From contig CAVSLJ010000002.1 of the NCBI GenBank assembly GCA_963728875.1, positions 461,821 to 525,820 on the forward strand: DNA of 64,000 nt, in the 5' to 3' direction. Within the stretch, counting starts at the first letter, position 1, and each line of letters starts with the position of its first letter. The translations under genes were made by a program, and so were the position numbers. The notes beneath the pieces were generated by a model that was not told where the DNA came from, did not search any database, and saw only the letters and a program-made list of their open reading frames with translations. The DNA is from an uncultured Solirubrobacterales bacterium (GTDB lineage: Bacteria > Actinomycetota > Thermoleophilia > Solirubrobacterales > 70-9). Positions 44,702 through 58,255 of this stretch are shown piece after piece.

Positions 44702-45034
44702 GTGCCTGCTCCATTGGTCGAGTTCCCGGGCGACGACCCCGAGCGGGCGAGGCGGTTCTGGGGTGGCGTGCTCGGAGTCACGCTCGCGCCGAGACCCAGC
44801 GACGCTGGGGCCGGTTGGGAGGCAAACGGCGCCGACCTCCGTATCGGACTGCACCAGCGAGGGCCGGGGCCGGGCGACACAGCCTCGCTGCCCTACTTCA
44901 CCGTCGACGATCTGCCCGCCGCACTCGAGCGCGTGGGGGACCTCGGTGGGTCGGTGATCCATCCAGGTGAGCGCTGGGCCATCTGCCGTGACTCCGAGGG
45001 CAGCCCGTTCGCGCTCGCGGCGGCTGGTTCCTAA
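44702..45034 (+). CDS. VOC (glyoxalase/bleomycin-resistance fold) family protein
   Basis: Pattern of about 110 aa (FWGGVLGV...YFTVDDLPAALERVGDLGGSV...RDSEGSPFAL). Confidence 0.6.
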   Translation: MPAPLVEFPGDDPERARRFWGGVLGVTLAPRPSDAGAGWEANGADLRIGLHQRGPGPGDTASLPYFTVDDLPAALERVGDLGGSVIHPGERWAICRDSEGSPFALAAAGS

Positions 45035-45047
45035 GAGCGCGACGAAA

Positions 45048-45121
45048 CGCGCCCGGCAGGATTCGAACCTGCGGCCTCTCCCTCCGGAGGGGAGCGCTCT
45101 ATCCAGCTGAGCTACGGGCGC
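45048..45121 (-). tRNA. tRNA-Arg (anticodon CCG)
   Basis: The reverse complement folds as a cloverleaf: GCGCCCG-TA-GCTC-AGCTGGATA-GAGC-G-CTCCC-CTCCGGA-GGGAG-AGGCC-GCAGG-TTCGAAT-CCTGC-CGGGCGC-G. 74 nt, no encoded CCA. Confidence 0.9.
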
Positions 45122-45146
45122 GGGCGGCCAAGTCTAGGCTAGGCCC

Positions 45147-46130
45147 GTGGACCTCTCGGTCGTCTTTCTAGGCACCGGCGGCTCCGTGCCCTCGGCGCGG
45201 AGGGCCACCGCCTGCGTTCTGATCCGCGCCGGAGGCAGCCGCGTCCTGGTGGACGCGGGGGAGGGGGCCCAGCGGCAGATGATCAACTCGACCGGGCTCG
45301 TCCAGGTCGACGACATCTACATCACGCACTTTCACGCCGACCATTATCTCGGCCTGCCCGGGCTCCTCAAGACCTATGACCTGATGGAGCGCCAGGCCCC
45401 GCTGCGGATCGTCGGGCCGGCCGGACTGCACGAGCTGTTCGAGGCGCTGCGGCGCATCTTCGGCCGGCTCCGGTACGAGGTGGAGCTGGTCGAGCTCGGG
45501 CCGGGGGAGGGAATCGAGCACGACGGCTTCGAGATGAGTGCCTTCGCGGTCGAGCACCGGATGAAGGCGCTCGGCTATGCGTACGTCGAGCCGGAGCGCC
45601 CCGGCCGCTTCGACGTCGATGCCGCGCGCCGCCTCGGGATCACCGATGACCGGGACTTCGGCCGCCTGCAGCGCGGCGAGACGGTCGCGGTGGACGGCTC
45701 GGAGGTTCGCCCCGACCAGGTTCTCGGCGAGGCGCGTGCCGGCCGCAAGGTCGTGATCACCGGCGACACCGCGCCCTGCGAGATGACGCGCATCGCCGCC
45801 CACGCGGCGCAGCTGCTGATCCACGACGGCACCTTCGCGGTCGAGGAGGCGGCCAGGGCCGCGGATACCGGTCACTCCACAGCAAGGGATGCCGCCCAGC
45901 TCGCGGCCGACGCCGAGGCTCGCATGCTGGCGATCGTCCACGTCTCCTCGCGCTACAACGTCTCGGCCGTCCTCAAGGAGGCGCGCGACGCCTTCCCGGC
46001 CACGGTGGCGCCCCGCGACTTCGACCTGGCTGAGATCCCGTTCCCCGAGCGGGGCGATCCCGAGCTGATCCAGGAGGGCGCGAAGCAGCGCCCGGAGCCG
46101 CTGGCCGATCCCGCACCGGCCGGCGACTAA
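45147..46130 (+). CDS. rnz: Ribonuclease Z
   Basis: FLGTGGSVP..., [16 protein letters not shown], and a C-terminal HSTA...IVHVSSRY. Confidence 0.88.
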   Translation: MDLSVVFLGTGGSVPSARRATACVLIRAGGSRVLVDAGEGAQRQMINSTGLVQVDDIYITHFHADHYLGLPGLLKTYDLMERQAPLRIVGPAGLHELFEALRRIFGRLRYEVELVELGPGEGIEHDGFEMSAFAVEHRMKALGYAYVEPERPGRFDVDAARRLGITDDRDFGRLQRGETVAVDGSEVRPDQVLGEARAGRKVVITGDTAPCEMTRIAAHAAQLLIHDGTFAVEEAARAADTGHSTARDAAQLAADAEARMLAIVHVSSRYNVSAVLKEARDAFPATVAPRDFDLAEIPFPERGDPELIQEGAKQRPEPLADPAPAGD

Positions 46131-46207
46131 CGCCGCAACCTGCGGCTTCATCGCCGGAGATCGTCGCATCCCGCTGCTACGCTGGCGGGGCAGGCCCCTT
46201 TAACCAC

Positions 46208-46230
46208 GGTCCCGTGAGGCCGGGAAGGAG
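46208..46230 (+). promoter_or_regulatory. Possible PyrR-binding hairpin overlapping the pyrR Shine-Dalgarno
   Basis: GGUCCCGUGAGGCCGGGAAGGAG resembles the PyrR binding-loop consensus (GUCCAGAGAGGCU). The hairpin is UCCCG/CGGGA, and its 3' arm abuts the AGGAG located 7 nt before the ATG. Confidence 0.4.
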
Positions 46231-46237
46231 CAGCAGC

Positions 46238-46807
46238 ATGAGCGACGAGAAGGTCGTGCTCGATCACGACGATCTACGGCGGACGCTTGTCCGTATCGCC
46301 CACGAGATCGTCGAGAAGAACGAGGATTCGGACCGCCTGGCGCTGGTCGGCATCCACACGCGCGGGGCCGTCATCTGCCGCCGCCTGCACGCGCTGATCG
46401 GAGAGCTCTCCGGCGCCGAGGTCCCGCTCGGCGATCTGGACATCTCCTTCTACCGGGACGACATCGAGCGGCGCGAGCCACGCGACGCGCCGATCGTCCA
46501 CGACTCCCACCTGGACTTCGACCTGGCCGGGCGAACGATCGTCCTCGTCGACGACGTGCTCTACACCGGCCGCACCGTGCGCGCCGCGATCGACGCGCTC
46601 TTCGACTACGGCCGGCCCGCGCGGGTCCAGCTCGCGGTCCTGGCCGACCGCGGCCACCGGGAGCTGCCGATCCGCCCCGATTACGTCGGCAAGAACCTGC
46701 CGACGGCGCCGGGCGAGCGTGTGAATGTCCGGCTCGAGGAGACCGACGGCGCCGACGAGGTTGCGATCACGCCTGCCGCCACGGCGACAGCGAAGGAGGA
46801 CGTATGA
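46238..46807 (+). CDS. pyrR: Bifunctional pyr operon regulator/uracil phosphoribosyltransferase PyrR
   Basis: [10 protein letters not shown]... and the PRPP loop [16 protein letters not shown]. Confidence 0.92.
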   Translation: MSDEKVVLDHDDLRRTLVRIAHEIVEKNEDSDRLALVGIHTRGAVICRRLHALIGELSGAEVPLGDLDISFYRDDIERREPRDAPIVHDSHLDFDLAGRTIVLVDDVLYTGRTVRAAIDALFDYGRPARVQLAVLADRGHRELPIRPDYVGKNLPTAPGERVNVRLEETDGADEVAITPAATATAKEDV

Positions 46808-47763
46808 AGCACCTGCTCGGAGTGGAAGGGCTCTCCCGCGAGGAGATGGATCGCATCCTCGAGCGAGCGCAGAGCTTCGCCGAGGTCGGCCGGCGCGACA
46901 TCAAGAAGGTCCCGACGCTGCGCGGCCGGACCATCGTCAATCTCTTCTACGAGGCCAGCACCCGCACGCTCTCCTCGTTCGAGCTCGCCGCCAAGCGCCT
47001 CTCCGCCGACGTGGTCAGCGTCAAGTCCGCGGGCTCGTCGGTCGACAAGGGGGAGTCGCTGAAGGACACGGTCGCGACCCTCTCGGCCTATGACCCCGCG
47101 GCGATCGTGATCCGCTCCCCGCACGCCGGCGCCGCCGGCCTCGTCGCCCGCTGGACCGAGGCGTCGGTCATCAACGCAGGCGATGGCAAGCACGAGCACC
47201 CGACGCAGGCGCTGCTCGACGTCTTCACGCTCCGGCAGCGCCTCGACTCCCTCGAGGGCACCAACATCTGGATCGTCGGCGACGTCCTGCACAGCCGGGT
47301 CGCTCGGTCCTGTCTCCTCGCCTTCCAGAAGATGGGGGCGAAGGTGACGCTCTGCGGGCCGCCGACCCTGATCCCGCGCGGCATCGAGGCACTCGGCTGC
47401 GAGGTCACCTACGACCTCGACGGGCTCGGCGAGGCGGACGTCGTCTACGCCCTCCGCATGCAGCGCGAGCGGATGAGCGAGAGCTTCGTCCCTTCGCTGC
47501 GGGAGTACGCGAGCCGCTACCAGATCGACTCCCGGCGGCTCAGCCCTCGCCAGCTGCTCATGCACCCGGGCCCCGTCAACCGCGGCGTCGAGCTCTCACC
47601 CGAGGTGATCGACTCGCCGCAGTCGCTGATCACCGCGCAGGTGGAGAGCGGCCTGGTGGTCCGCATGGCGATTCTCTACGAGCTGCTGGCGGGGAGCGAC
47701 CGGGCTCGGCCCGACCGCGGTCCCGCGCCCGCCGACACCCCGACGATCGGTCAGCCGGCGTGA
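46804..47763 (+). CDS. pyrB: Aspartate carbamoyltransferase catalytic subunit
   Basis: [23 protein letters not shown], and [10 protein letters not shown]. Confidence 0.95.
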   Translation: MKHLLGVEGLSREEMDRILERAQSFAEVGRRDIKKVPTLRGRTIVNLFYEASTRTLSSFELAAKRLSADVVSVKSAGSSVDKGESLKDTVATLSAYDPAAIVIRSPHAGAAGLVARWTEASVINAGDGKHEHPTQALLDVFTLRQRLDSLEGTNIWIVGDVLHSRVARSCLLAFQKMGAKVTLCGPPTLIPRGIEALGCEVTYDLDGLGEADVVYALRMQRERMSESFVPSLREYASRYQIDSRRLSPRQLLMHPGPVNRGVELSPEVIDSPQSLITAQVESGLVVRMAILYELLAGSDRARPDRGPAPADTPTIGQPA

Positions 47764-49139
47764 GCGTCACGGAGAACGGATCCGACGGAGCCGCCGGGGC
47801 GCCCAAGCTGATCTCGCGGCCGGGGCCGGGGGCGAACCTGGTGATCCGGGGCGCCCGTCTCCTCGATCCCAGGGCGGGCCTCGACGGCGCACATGACCTG
47901 GTCGTGCGCGACGGCGAGATCGCGGAGATCACGGCGGCGGGGAGTGCGCCCGAGGTCGAGGGCGCCGAGGTCGTCGACGACGAGGGCCTGCTGGCCCTGC
48001 CCGCATTCGTCGATCCGCACGTCCACCTCCGGGTCCCGGGCCAGGAGCACAAGGAGGACCTCGAGACCGGCACCCGCTCGGCCGCCGCCGGCGGCTACTG
48101 CGCCGTGATCGCGATGGCCAACACCGCGCCGCCGATCGACTCCGCGGCGGTGCTCGGTTCCGTCCGCGAGCGCGCCGAGCGCGAGGCGTCGATCCCGGTC
48201 GGCTTCATCGCCAACGTCACCCGGGGGATGGAGGGGAGGGAGCTCACCGAGATGGCCGAGCTCGCCGAGTGCGGCGCGATCGGCTTCTCCGACGACGGCC
48301 TGCCGATCGCCAACGCCCGAGTGCTGCGCCGCGCGCTCCAGTATCAGCGCCTGGCGGGCGGCGTGATCGCTCTGCACGAGGAGGACCCGGACCTCTCCGC
48401 GGACGGGGTCATGAACGAGGGCGAGGTCTCCGCCGCGCTAGGCATGGCCGGCGTGCCCGCGGTCTCCGAGTCGACCATGATCGCCCGCAACTGCGCGCTC
48501 GCTCTCTACGAAGGGGCGCGGATCCACGTGCAGCATCTCTCGGCGCGGGCGTCGGTGGAGGAGATCGCCCGGGCCAAGGCGGCCGGGGTGCAGGTCACCT
48601 GCGAGGCGAGCCCGCATCACCTGACGCTCACCGACGAGGAGGTTCGCAGCCTCGACGCTCGGTTCAAGATGAATCCTCCGCTGCGGACCGAGGACGATCG
48701 CCAGGCCCTGATCGACGGCCTCCGCGACGGCACGATCGACTGCGTCGCGACGGATCACGCCCCGCACGCCGCGGAGGAGAAGGAGGTGCCCTTCGAGGAG
48801 GCCGCCATGGGGGTGACCGGGCTCGAGACCGCCTTCGCAGCTCTCTACACCGACCTGGTGCTGCCCGGCGTCCTTCCCCTCGAACTCCTGGTCGAGCGGA
48901 TGACCTGCGGCGGCGAGCCCTTCGGCATCGAGGCGCCCCGCCTCGAGGCCGGTGCGCTCGCGAACGTCGCGCTGATCGACCCGGAGCTGACCTGGACCGT
49001 CGGCGAGGACGGCTACGAGAGCCGCTCCTACAACAACTGCTTCGCCGGCCGGGAGCTGACCGGGCGGATCCTGATGACGGTCGCCGCCGGCCGGGTGGCG
49101 TTCCGTCAGCGCAGCTTCGCCCTCGGGGTCGCCTCGTGA
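47760..49139 (+). CDS. pyrC: Dihydroorotase
   Basis: DPHVHLRVPG and TDHAPH motifs. There are 4-nt overlaps within the operon. Confidence 0.92.
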   Translation: MSVTENGSDGAAGAPKLISRPGPGANLVIRGARLLDPRAGLDGAHDLVVRDGEIAEITAAGSAPEVEGAEVVDDEGLLALPAFVDPHVHLRVPGQEHKEDLETGTRSAAAGGYCAVIAMANTAPPIDSAAVLGSVRERAEREASIPVGFIANVTRGMEGRELTEMAELAECGAIGFSDDGLPIANARVLRRALQYQRLAGGVIALHEEDPDLSADGVMNEGEVSAALGMAGVPAVSESTMIARNCALALYEGARIHVQHLSARASVEEIARAKAAGVQVTCEASPHHLTLTDEEVRSLDARFKMNPPLRTEDDRQALIDGLRDGTIDCVATDHAPHAAEEKEVPFEEAAMGVTGLETAFAALYTDLVLPGVLPLELLVERMTCGGEPFGIEAPRLEAGALANVALIDPELTWTVGEDGYESRSYNNCFAGRELTGRILMTVAAGRVAFRQRSFALGVAS

Positions 49140-49166
49140 GCAGCGCTCGAGCGGGATCGAGCCGCG

Positions 49167-49724
49167 CTGGTCGTCGTCGACGTCCAGGAGGGCTTTCGCA
49201 AGGCAATCCCCGAGTTCGAGCGCATCGCGAAGGCCACCGCAACGCTGATTCAGGGCGCCGAGGCGATCGGCATCCCGATCGTGATCACCGAGCAGTATCC
49301 GAAGGGACTGGGGGAGACCGCGCCGGAGGTGTCGGAGCACCTGCCCGACGGGACCGCCCCGATCGAGAAGGTCGTGTTCTCGGCCGCCGAGGCGGAGGGC
49401 TTCGACCTCTCGGACCGCGACCAGGCTCTCGTCTGCGGGATCGAGGCGCACGTCTGCGTCAACCAGACGGTTCTCGACCTGCTCGCGGAAGGCAAGGAGG
49501 TCGAGGTGGCCGAGGACGCGGTCGGCTCGCGGACCGAGGAGAACCGGCGGATCGGGCTCAACAAGATGGAGCGAGCCGGAGCCACGCTGACCAGCGTGGA
49601 GACTGCGCTCTTCGAGCTGCTCGGCCGCGCAGGCAGCGATGAGTTCAAGGCGATCCAGAAACTGATACTCGAATACGCCCCGAACCCGGAGACCATGCCG
49701 AAGCCGAGGGAGAGGGTCACGTGA
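49167..49724 (+). CDS. Isochorismatase-family hydrolase; start codon unresolved
   Basis: ALVVVDVQEGF...GIPIVITEQYPKGLGET...VCGIEAHVCVNQT. The conserved N-terminus lies upstream of the first ATG/GTG/TTG (49281), in frame with pyrC and beginning right after its TGA. CTG 49167 is listed only as a placeholder. Confidence 0.6.
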   Translation: MVVVDVQEGFRKAIPEFERIAKATATLIQGAEAIGIPIVITEQYPKGLGETAPEVSEHLPDGTAPIEKVVFSAAEAEGFDLSDRDQALVCGIEAHVCVNQTVLDLLAEGKEVEVAEDAVGSRTEENRRIGLNKMERAGATLTSVETALFELLGRAGSDEFKAIQKLILEYAPNPETMPKPRERVT

Positions 49725-50819
49725 GCGGCTACGTCCTGCTCGAGGACGGCACGCGCCTCGAGGGCGAGCTGCTCGGCTCCGGCGAGGCCATGACCGGCGA
49801 GGTCGTCTTCAACACCTCGATGACCGGCTACCAGGAGGCGGTCACCGACCCCAGCTACGCAGGCCAGATCATCACCTTCACGTACCCGCTGATCGGCAAC
49901 TACGGCGTCTCGGGCGAGGCGATGGAGTCCGAGCGCGTCCAGGCCCGCGGCGTGATCATGCGGGAGGGGAAGAACACGGAGGACGCAGCGACCGCCGAGG
50001 GCGGCTGGCTCGACTGGCTCCGCGACTGCGGCATCCCGGCGATCTCCGGGATCGACACCCGCGCGCTCGTCCGCCACATCCGCGACCGAGGCGCCATGCG
50101 GGGCGGGATCTTCCCGGCCGGCCTCGCGGAGTCCGAGGCACGCGAGCGCGTCGCGGCCGAGCCCTCGATGGACGGCGCCGATTTCGCCAGGACGGTGACG
50201 CCGGATCAGCCCGTCGAGATCGACGGCGACGGCCCGCACGTGGTCGGCATCGACACCGGCATCAAGCACAGCATCCTGCGGCAATTCCGCGAGCGGAATT
50301 GCCGGTTGACCTTGCTCCCGTGCTCAGCTTCGGCTGACGAGGTTCTGGAAAGGGACCCCGACCTCGTCTTCCTCGCCAACGGCCCCGGTGACCCCGGCGC
50401 CCTCGATTACGTCGTCGAGAACGTCCGCGGGGTGGTCGGGAAGAAGCCGGTCGTGGGGATCTGCCTGGGCCACCAGCTGCTCTGCCGGGCGGTCGGCCTG
50501 GAGACCTTCAAGCTGCCCTTCGGCCACCGCGGCGCCAACCACCCGGTCAAGGACCTGGAGACCGGCCGGATCGACATCACCTCCCAGAATCACGGCTTCG
50601 CGGTGCTGGGCCCAGGCGGCGACAGGACCATCGACGGCGATGAGCCCGTGCGCTGGGAGACCGACTTCGGCGAGGCCGAGCTCTCACACCTCAACCTCTA
50701 CGACCGGACGGTCGAGGGCCTGGTGCTGAAGGACGTCCCGGGCTGCACCGTCCAGTACCACCCCGAAGCGGGCCCAGGCCCGCATGACGCCCGCTATCTC
50801 TTCGATCGGTTCCTCGAGT

Positions 50820-50833
<14 letters not shown>
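49721..50833 (+). CDS. carA: Carbamoyl-phosphate synthase small (glutaminase) subunit
   Basis: [11 protein letters not shown]..., GICLGHQLL, and a His-Glu end. Confidence 0.95.
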
Positions 50834-53926
<3,093 letters not shown>

Positions 53927-53930
<4 letters not shown>

Positions 53931-54799
53931 CCGCCGGAGCGGCGCGGGGGCTGGGGGAGAGGGTGGTCGCCCCCTTCGGCCGGCGCCTCTGCGAGGTGAG
54001 CCGCAACATCACCTCCGGCGGCTACCGGATCTTCTCGGTCCTCGATACGGCGGGACCGGAGCCCGCCGCCGGCCAGTTCTACATGCTGGCCGCGGACTCG
54101 GGCTGGGGCGGCGACGAGGGGCGGCCCTACCTCGCCCGCGCGTTCTCTGTTGCTGACGCCGAGCGGGAGGCCGCGGGGGTCCGTCTCGACTTTCTGGTGC
54201 AGGCGGTCGGGCCGGGGACCTTGCGGCTTGCCGCTCTCGAGCCCGGGGAGGATCTCTGGATTCACGGCCCGCTCGGTCGCCCCTTCGCCGCTCCGCGCGA
54301 CGTCTCGGCCGACGCGGCCGGCGCGATCCTGGTCGGCGGGGGAATCGGGGTCGCGCCGCTGGCACTCTGGCGTCGCCGGCTGCAACGTGCCGGGATCGCA
54401 GCCCGCGTCTTGCTCGGCTTCCGCGATCGGCCCAATTCAGGCGGCCTCGACCTCTTCGACTGCAGCGAGATCCGGCTGGCGAGTGAGGACGGGCACACCG
54501 GTCACCGCGGCTACGTCACCGGCCTGCTCTCGGTGCTCCTGGAGGGCGACGATTCCTCCAGCGCCGCCGTCTACGCCTGTGGTCCCCCGGCGATGCTGGA
54601 GGCGGTCCGGATCATGTGCGGAGATCGCGGCGTCGCCTGCGAGCTCGCGCTGGAGGCGCCGATGGCCTGCGGGTTTGGAGCGTGCTTCGGCTGCGCCATC
54701 CCAATGAGTGACGGCGGATACATGCGCCTCTGCGTCGACGGCCCGGTTGTACGGGGCGACGAGATCGAGACGGCGCTCGTCAAGGGTTCGGGCCATTGA
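53927..54799 (+). CDS. pyrK: Dihydroorotate dehydrogenase electron-transfer subunit (FAD/2Fe-2S)
   Basis: RAFS FAD motif, GGGIGVAPL, and the C-terminal cluster CGFGACFGC...C. Confidence 0.85.
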
Positions 54800-55668
54800 T
54801 CGACTTCTGTGGAATCGAGCTTCGCCACCCGGTGATCAACGGGTCCGGCACGTTCGACGCGATCGCAGCGCGGAGAGCCTTCGGGGACGCGCTGATCGAC
54901 GAGTTCCCGTTCTCCGCCTTCGTCTCCAAGACGATCACCCCTGAGCCGCGCGCGGGGAACCCGCCGCCGCGCCTCTGGGAAACGCCATCGGGTCTGATCA
55001 ACTCGATCGGTCTGCCGAACAAGGGCCTCGACGGATTCCTGGAGCACGACCTGCCGCGACTGGCGGAACTGCCCGTGCCGTTGATTGTCTCGGTGATGGG
55101 GACGAGCCACGAGGAGTTCGGCCGGCTGGTTGACGGGGTCGGCGGCCGCGAGGAGGTCGCGGCCCTGGAGCTCAACGTCTCGTGTCCCAACGTCAAGTCC
55201 GGCCTGATCGTCGGCGAGTCTCCCGAAGAGGCGAATTCCCTGCTCAGGGCCACAAAACCGCTGACCGAGAAACCGCTGATCGTGAAGCTGACGCCGAATA
55301 TCGCCGATCCCGTGCGGGTCGCCCAGGCGGCGGAGGAGGGCGGTGCGGACGCCGTCTCCCTGATCAACACCCTGCGCGCGGTGGCCTTCGATCCCGACAA
55401 GGGTGACCGGTGGCTCGGCGGCGGCACCGGGGGTCTCTCCGGCCCGGCGGTCCGGGCCGTCGCGCTCGCCCAGGTCCATGCCGTCGCCGGCGCTGTCTCC
55501 ATCCCGGTGGTGGCGATGGGGGGTGTCTCGACGGGCCGCGACGCCGCCGAGATGTTGCGTGCGGGTGCAAGTCTCGTTGCCGTCGGCACCGAGAGCTTCC
55601 GAGATCCAGCGGCCGGGTCGCGGATCGCTGCCGAGCTGGGCGGGGAGCTGGCACGGATCTCCGGTTAG
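54796..55668 (+). CDS. pyrD: Dihydroorotate dehydrogenase, class 1B catalytic subunit
   Basis: NGSGTF..., LELNVSCPN, LINT, and GGLSGPAV. Confidence 0.9.
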   Translation: MIDFCGIELRHPVINGSGTFDAIAARRAFGDALIDEFPFSAFVSKTITPEPRAGNPPPRLWETPSGLINSIGLPNKGLDGFLEHDLPRLAELPVPLIVSVMGTSHEEFGRLVDGVGGREEVAALELNVSCPNVKSGLIVGESPEEANSLLRATKPLTEKPLIVKLTPNIADPVRVAQAAEEGGADAVSLINTLRAVAFDPDKGDRWLGGGTGGLSGPAVRAVALAQVHAVAGAVSIPVVAMGGVSTGRDAAEMLRAGASLVAVGTESFRDPAAGSRIAAELGGELARISG

Positions 55669-55701
55669 ACGGGAGTTTTTTTCACAATCCGCGAAAAGGG
55701 G

Positions 55702-55730
55702 TTTCCGCTCAACGCGGCCGCGGATATACT
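55702..55730 (+). promoter_or_regulatory. Candidate promoter for mihF (-10 TATACT ending 10 nt before the ATG; near-leaderless)
   Basis: TATACT lies at 55725-55730. A weak -35 (TTTCCG) lies 17 nt upstream. There is no Shine-Dalgarno between the -10 box and ATG 55740. Confidence 0.3.
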
Positions 55731-55739
55731 GCCGCCCCG

Positions 55740-56072
55740 ATGCAGGCCCCGGTCCAGTCCTCCAACGCCGCCCCCGAGAGATCACTGGACCAGCGGATGG
55801 AAGCCCTGAAGAGGGCAAATGACATCCGCTCCAAGCGCGCCCAGCTGAAGCGCGACCTCAAGGGCAACAAGGTCAAGATCCAGACCCTGTTGATGGACCC
55901 GCCCGAGTACGTCCAGACCGCCAAGGTCATCGACATGCTGATGGCCGTGCCCAAGTACGGGCGGGTGAAGACGAACCGGATCCTCAATCAGTGCCGGATC
56001 TCCCCGTCGAAGACCATCGGCGGCCTCTCCGAGCGCCAGCGCGCCGAACTCGTCGCACAGCTGCGCAAGTAG
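55740..56072 (+). CDS. mihF: Actinobacterial integration host factor MihF
   Basis: RMEALKRANDIRSKRAQLKRDLK...VIDMLMAVPKYGRVK...GLSERQRAELV. It occupies the conserved position before gmk-rpoZ. Confidence 0.88.
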   Translation: MQAPVQSSNAAPERSLDQRMEALKRANDIRSKRAQLKRDLKGNKVKIQTLLMDPPEYVQTAKVIDMLMAVPKYGRVKTNRILNQCRISPSKTIGGLSERQRAELVAQLRK

Positions 56073-56126
56073 CGCGGCACTTCAGGAGCTTTTCGCGGCC
56101 GTCCCGGCGGTCATGATCCAGTCGCC

Positions 56127-56690
56127 GTGGGGAAGGTCTTCGTCATCACCGGGCCGTCCGGGGTCGGGAAGGGCACGCTGATCGAGCAGTTGCTCGATCG
56201 GCTCCCGGAGCTCGAGCTCTCCATCTCGGCCACGACCAGGGCGCCGCGGCCCGGAGAGGTCGACGGGCGCGACTATTTCTTCCTCGCACCGGAGGAGTTC
56301 CGACGGCGCCTCGAGGGCGGTGACTTCCTCGAGCACGCCAGCTACAGCGGCAACTACTACGGGACCCTGCGGGAGGAGGTGGAGCGCCGGCTGGCCGAAG
56401 GCCACTCCGTCGTCCTCGAGATCGAAGTGCAGGGCGCCCGGCAGGTCCGCGATGCGCTGGGGGACGACGCCGTCCTGATCTTCATCGCGCCGCCCGACGA
56501 GAAGGTCCTGCGCGAGCGCTTGGAGGGACGGGGCACCGACTCAGCGGAGGACATCGAGCAGCGGCTGCGCACCGCGGAGGTCGAGCTTGCCGCGCGCTCG
56601 GAGTTCCCGCTGGAGGTGGTGAACGACGAGGTGCAGAAAGCGGCCTCCGAGCTGGAGGGACTCGTCCGCGACGAGCTATCCCTACACTGA
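56127..56690 (+). CDS. gmk: Guanylate kinase
   Basis: P-loop GPSGVGKGT, plus TTR...G...DYFF. Confidence 0.92.
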   Translation: MGKVFVITGPSGVGKGTLIEQLLDRLPELELSISATTRAPRPGEVDGRDYFFLAPEEFRRRLEGGDFLEHASYSGNYYGTLREEVERRLAEGHSVVLEIEVQGARQVRDALGDDAVLIFIAPPDEKVLRERLEGRGTDSAEDIEQRLRTAEVELAARSEFPLEVVNDEVQKAASELEGLVRDELSLH

Positions 56691-56697
56691 CGAACCC

Positions 56698-56934
56698 ATG
56701 TCAATGATCACGCCAAGAGTCGACAAGCTTCTCGCGCACACCGACACCCACTACGCCGCCGTTCTGGTCGCGGCGAAGCGGGCCCGCCAGATCAACGCCT
56801 ACTACCACTCCCTCTCCGAGGGCGCGTACGGCGAGTACACGCCGCCGATGGTCGAGGTTCCCAGCGGGAACTACCTGACCATCGCCCTGGAGGAGACGGC
56901 GGCGGGCAAGCTGAAGTACGAGTACAAGGCCTAG
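56698..56934 (+). CDS. rpoZ: DNA-directed RNA polymerase subunit omega
   Basis: 78 aa with YAAVLVAAKRARQIN. It follows gmk. Confidence 0.88.
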   Translation: MSMITPRVDKLLAHTDTHYAAVLVAAKRARQINAYYHSLSEGAYGEYTPPMVEVPSGNYLTIALEETAAGKLKYEYKA

Positions 56935-56952
56935 CCAGTCAAGGAGGGCGTA

Positions 56953-58212
56953 ATGGCCCGCATCCTGCTCGGGGTGAGCGGCGGAATCTCCGCCTACAAG
57001 TCGCTGGAGCTGGCCCGCCTCGCCACCAAGGAGGGGCACGCCGTCCGCGTCCTGATGACGCCTGCGGCGCAGAGGTTCGTGGGCGCGGCTTCCTTCGAGG
57101 GCATCGTCGGCGCTCCGGTCCTCACGGACGAGTTCGAGCGCGATCCCACGCGAGGCGCCTTCCCGGGCGACCCGGTGCCCGAGCACGATCCGATCGGTCA
57201 TCTCGAGGTGGTCGCGAACGCCGACGCGTACCTGGTCGCCCCGGCGTCGGCGAACACGATCGCGAAGCTCGCGGCCGGGATCGCCGATTCGATGGTCACC
57301 ACGTCCTTTCTCGCCTGCGAGGCGCCGCGGCTCGTCGCTCCGGCGATGAACGACCGCATGTATCGCGACGCGGCAACCCAGTCGAACCTGGCGACGCTCC
57401 GCCGGCGGGGCATCACGGTGATCGAGCCCGAGGAGGGCGCCCTCGCGTCCCGCGCAGAGCACGGCGTCGGGCGGCTGCCCGAGCCGCGCACGCTGCTCGA
57501 CGCGATCGAGCAGGCCGCGCCCGGACCGATCGGGCCGTGGGATGGCCTGCGGGTCCTGGTCTCGGCCGGCGGCACCCGCGAGCCCATCGACCCGGTCCGC
57601 TTCATCGGCAACCGCTCCTCCGGTCGCATGGGCCTCGCGCTCGCCGAGCGCGCCGCGCGGCGCGGCGCGGAGGTGACGCTGGTAGCCGCGAACGTCTCGC
57701 TTCCCGCTCCTCCGGGTGTGAGGCGGGTCGACGTCGAGACAGCGTCCGAGCTCGCCGGCGCCCTGGGCCGCGAGTTCGACTCCACCGACGTGCTTGTGAT
57801 GGCAGCCGCCCCGGCCGATTTCCGGCCCAAGCGCATGGCGGGGGAGAAGATCCACCGCGAGGGCGGCGACGTCGAACTCGACCTCGAGGCGACCGAGGAC
57901 ATCCTCGCCGCGCTCGCCGCACGCCGCCGCGAGGGGCAGACGATCGTCGGCTTCGCGGCTGAGACGGACGCCGATCCACAGCGGGCCCGGGAAAAGCTCC
58001 AGCGCAAGGGAGCGGACGCGATCGTCTTCAACGACGTCTCACGATCGGAGATCGGCTTCGAGAGCGCCGAGAACGAGGTCGTGATCGTGGAGTCGGCAGG
58101 CGACCATCACGTGCCGCTCGCCTCCAAAGAGCAGGTGGCGGATGCGATCCTCGATCGCGTCGAGGCACTCCGGTCCGGCGTTGGTTCTCGCCGAGCCGAG
58201 CATCGGGACTAG
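56953..58212 (+). CDS. coaBC: Bifunctional phosphopantothenoylcysteine decarboxylase/phosphopantothenate-cysteine ligase
   Basis: ILLGVSGGISAYK, PAMN, RFIGNRSSGRMG, and AAPADF. Confidence 0.92.
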   Translation: MARILLGVSGGISAYKSLELARLATKEGHAVRVLMTPAAQRFVGAASFEGIVGAPVLTDEFERDPTRGAFPGDPVPEHDPIGHLEVVANADAYLVAPASANTIAKLAAGIADSMVTTSFLACEAPRLVAPAMNDRMYRDAATQSNLATLRRRGITVIEPEEGALASRAEHGVGRLPEPRTLLDAIEQAAPGPIGPWDGLRVLVSAGGTREPIDPVRFIGNRSSGRMGLALAERAARRGAEVTLVAANVSLPAPPGVRRVDVETASELAGALGREFDSTDVLVMAAAPADFRPKRMAGEKIHREGGDVELDLEATEDILAALAARRREGQTIVGFAAETDADPQRAREKLQRKGADAIVFNDVSRSEIGFESAENEVVIVESAGDHHVPLASKEQVADAILDRVEALRSGVGSRRAEHRD

Positions 58213-58255
58213 CCGGCCCGCCGGGCGCCCTTGCGCGCCCTTTTACACTGGGTTC

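Noticed and set aside
55410-55739. Upstream 110 codons of track ORF 55410..56072 as part of mihF
   Set aside because: This segment overlaps the 3' end of pyrD in another frame. MihF homologues are about 105-110 aa, and ATG 55740 sits just after a -10-like box.
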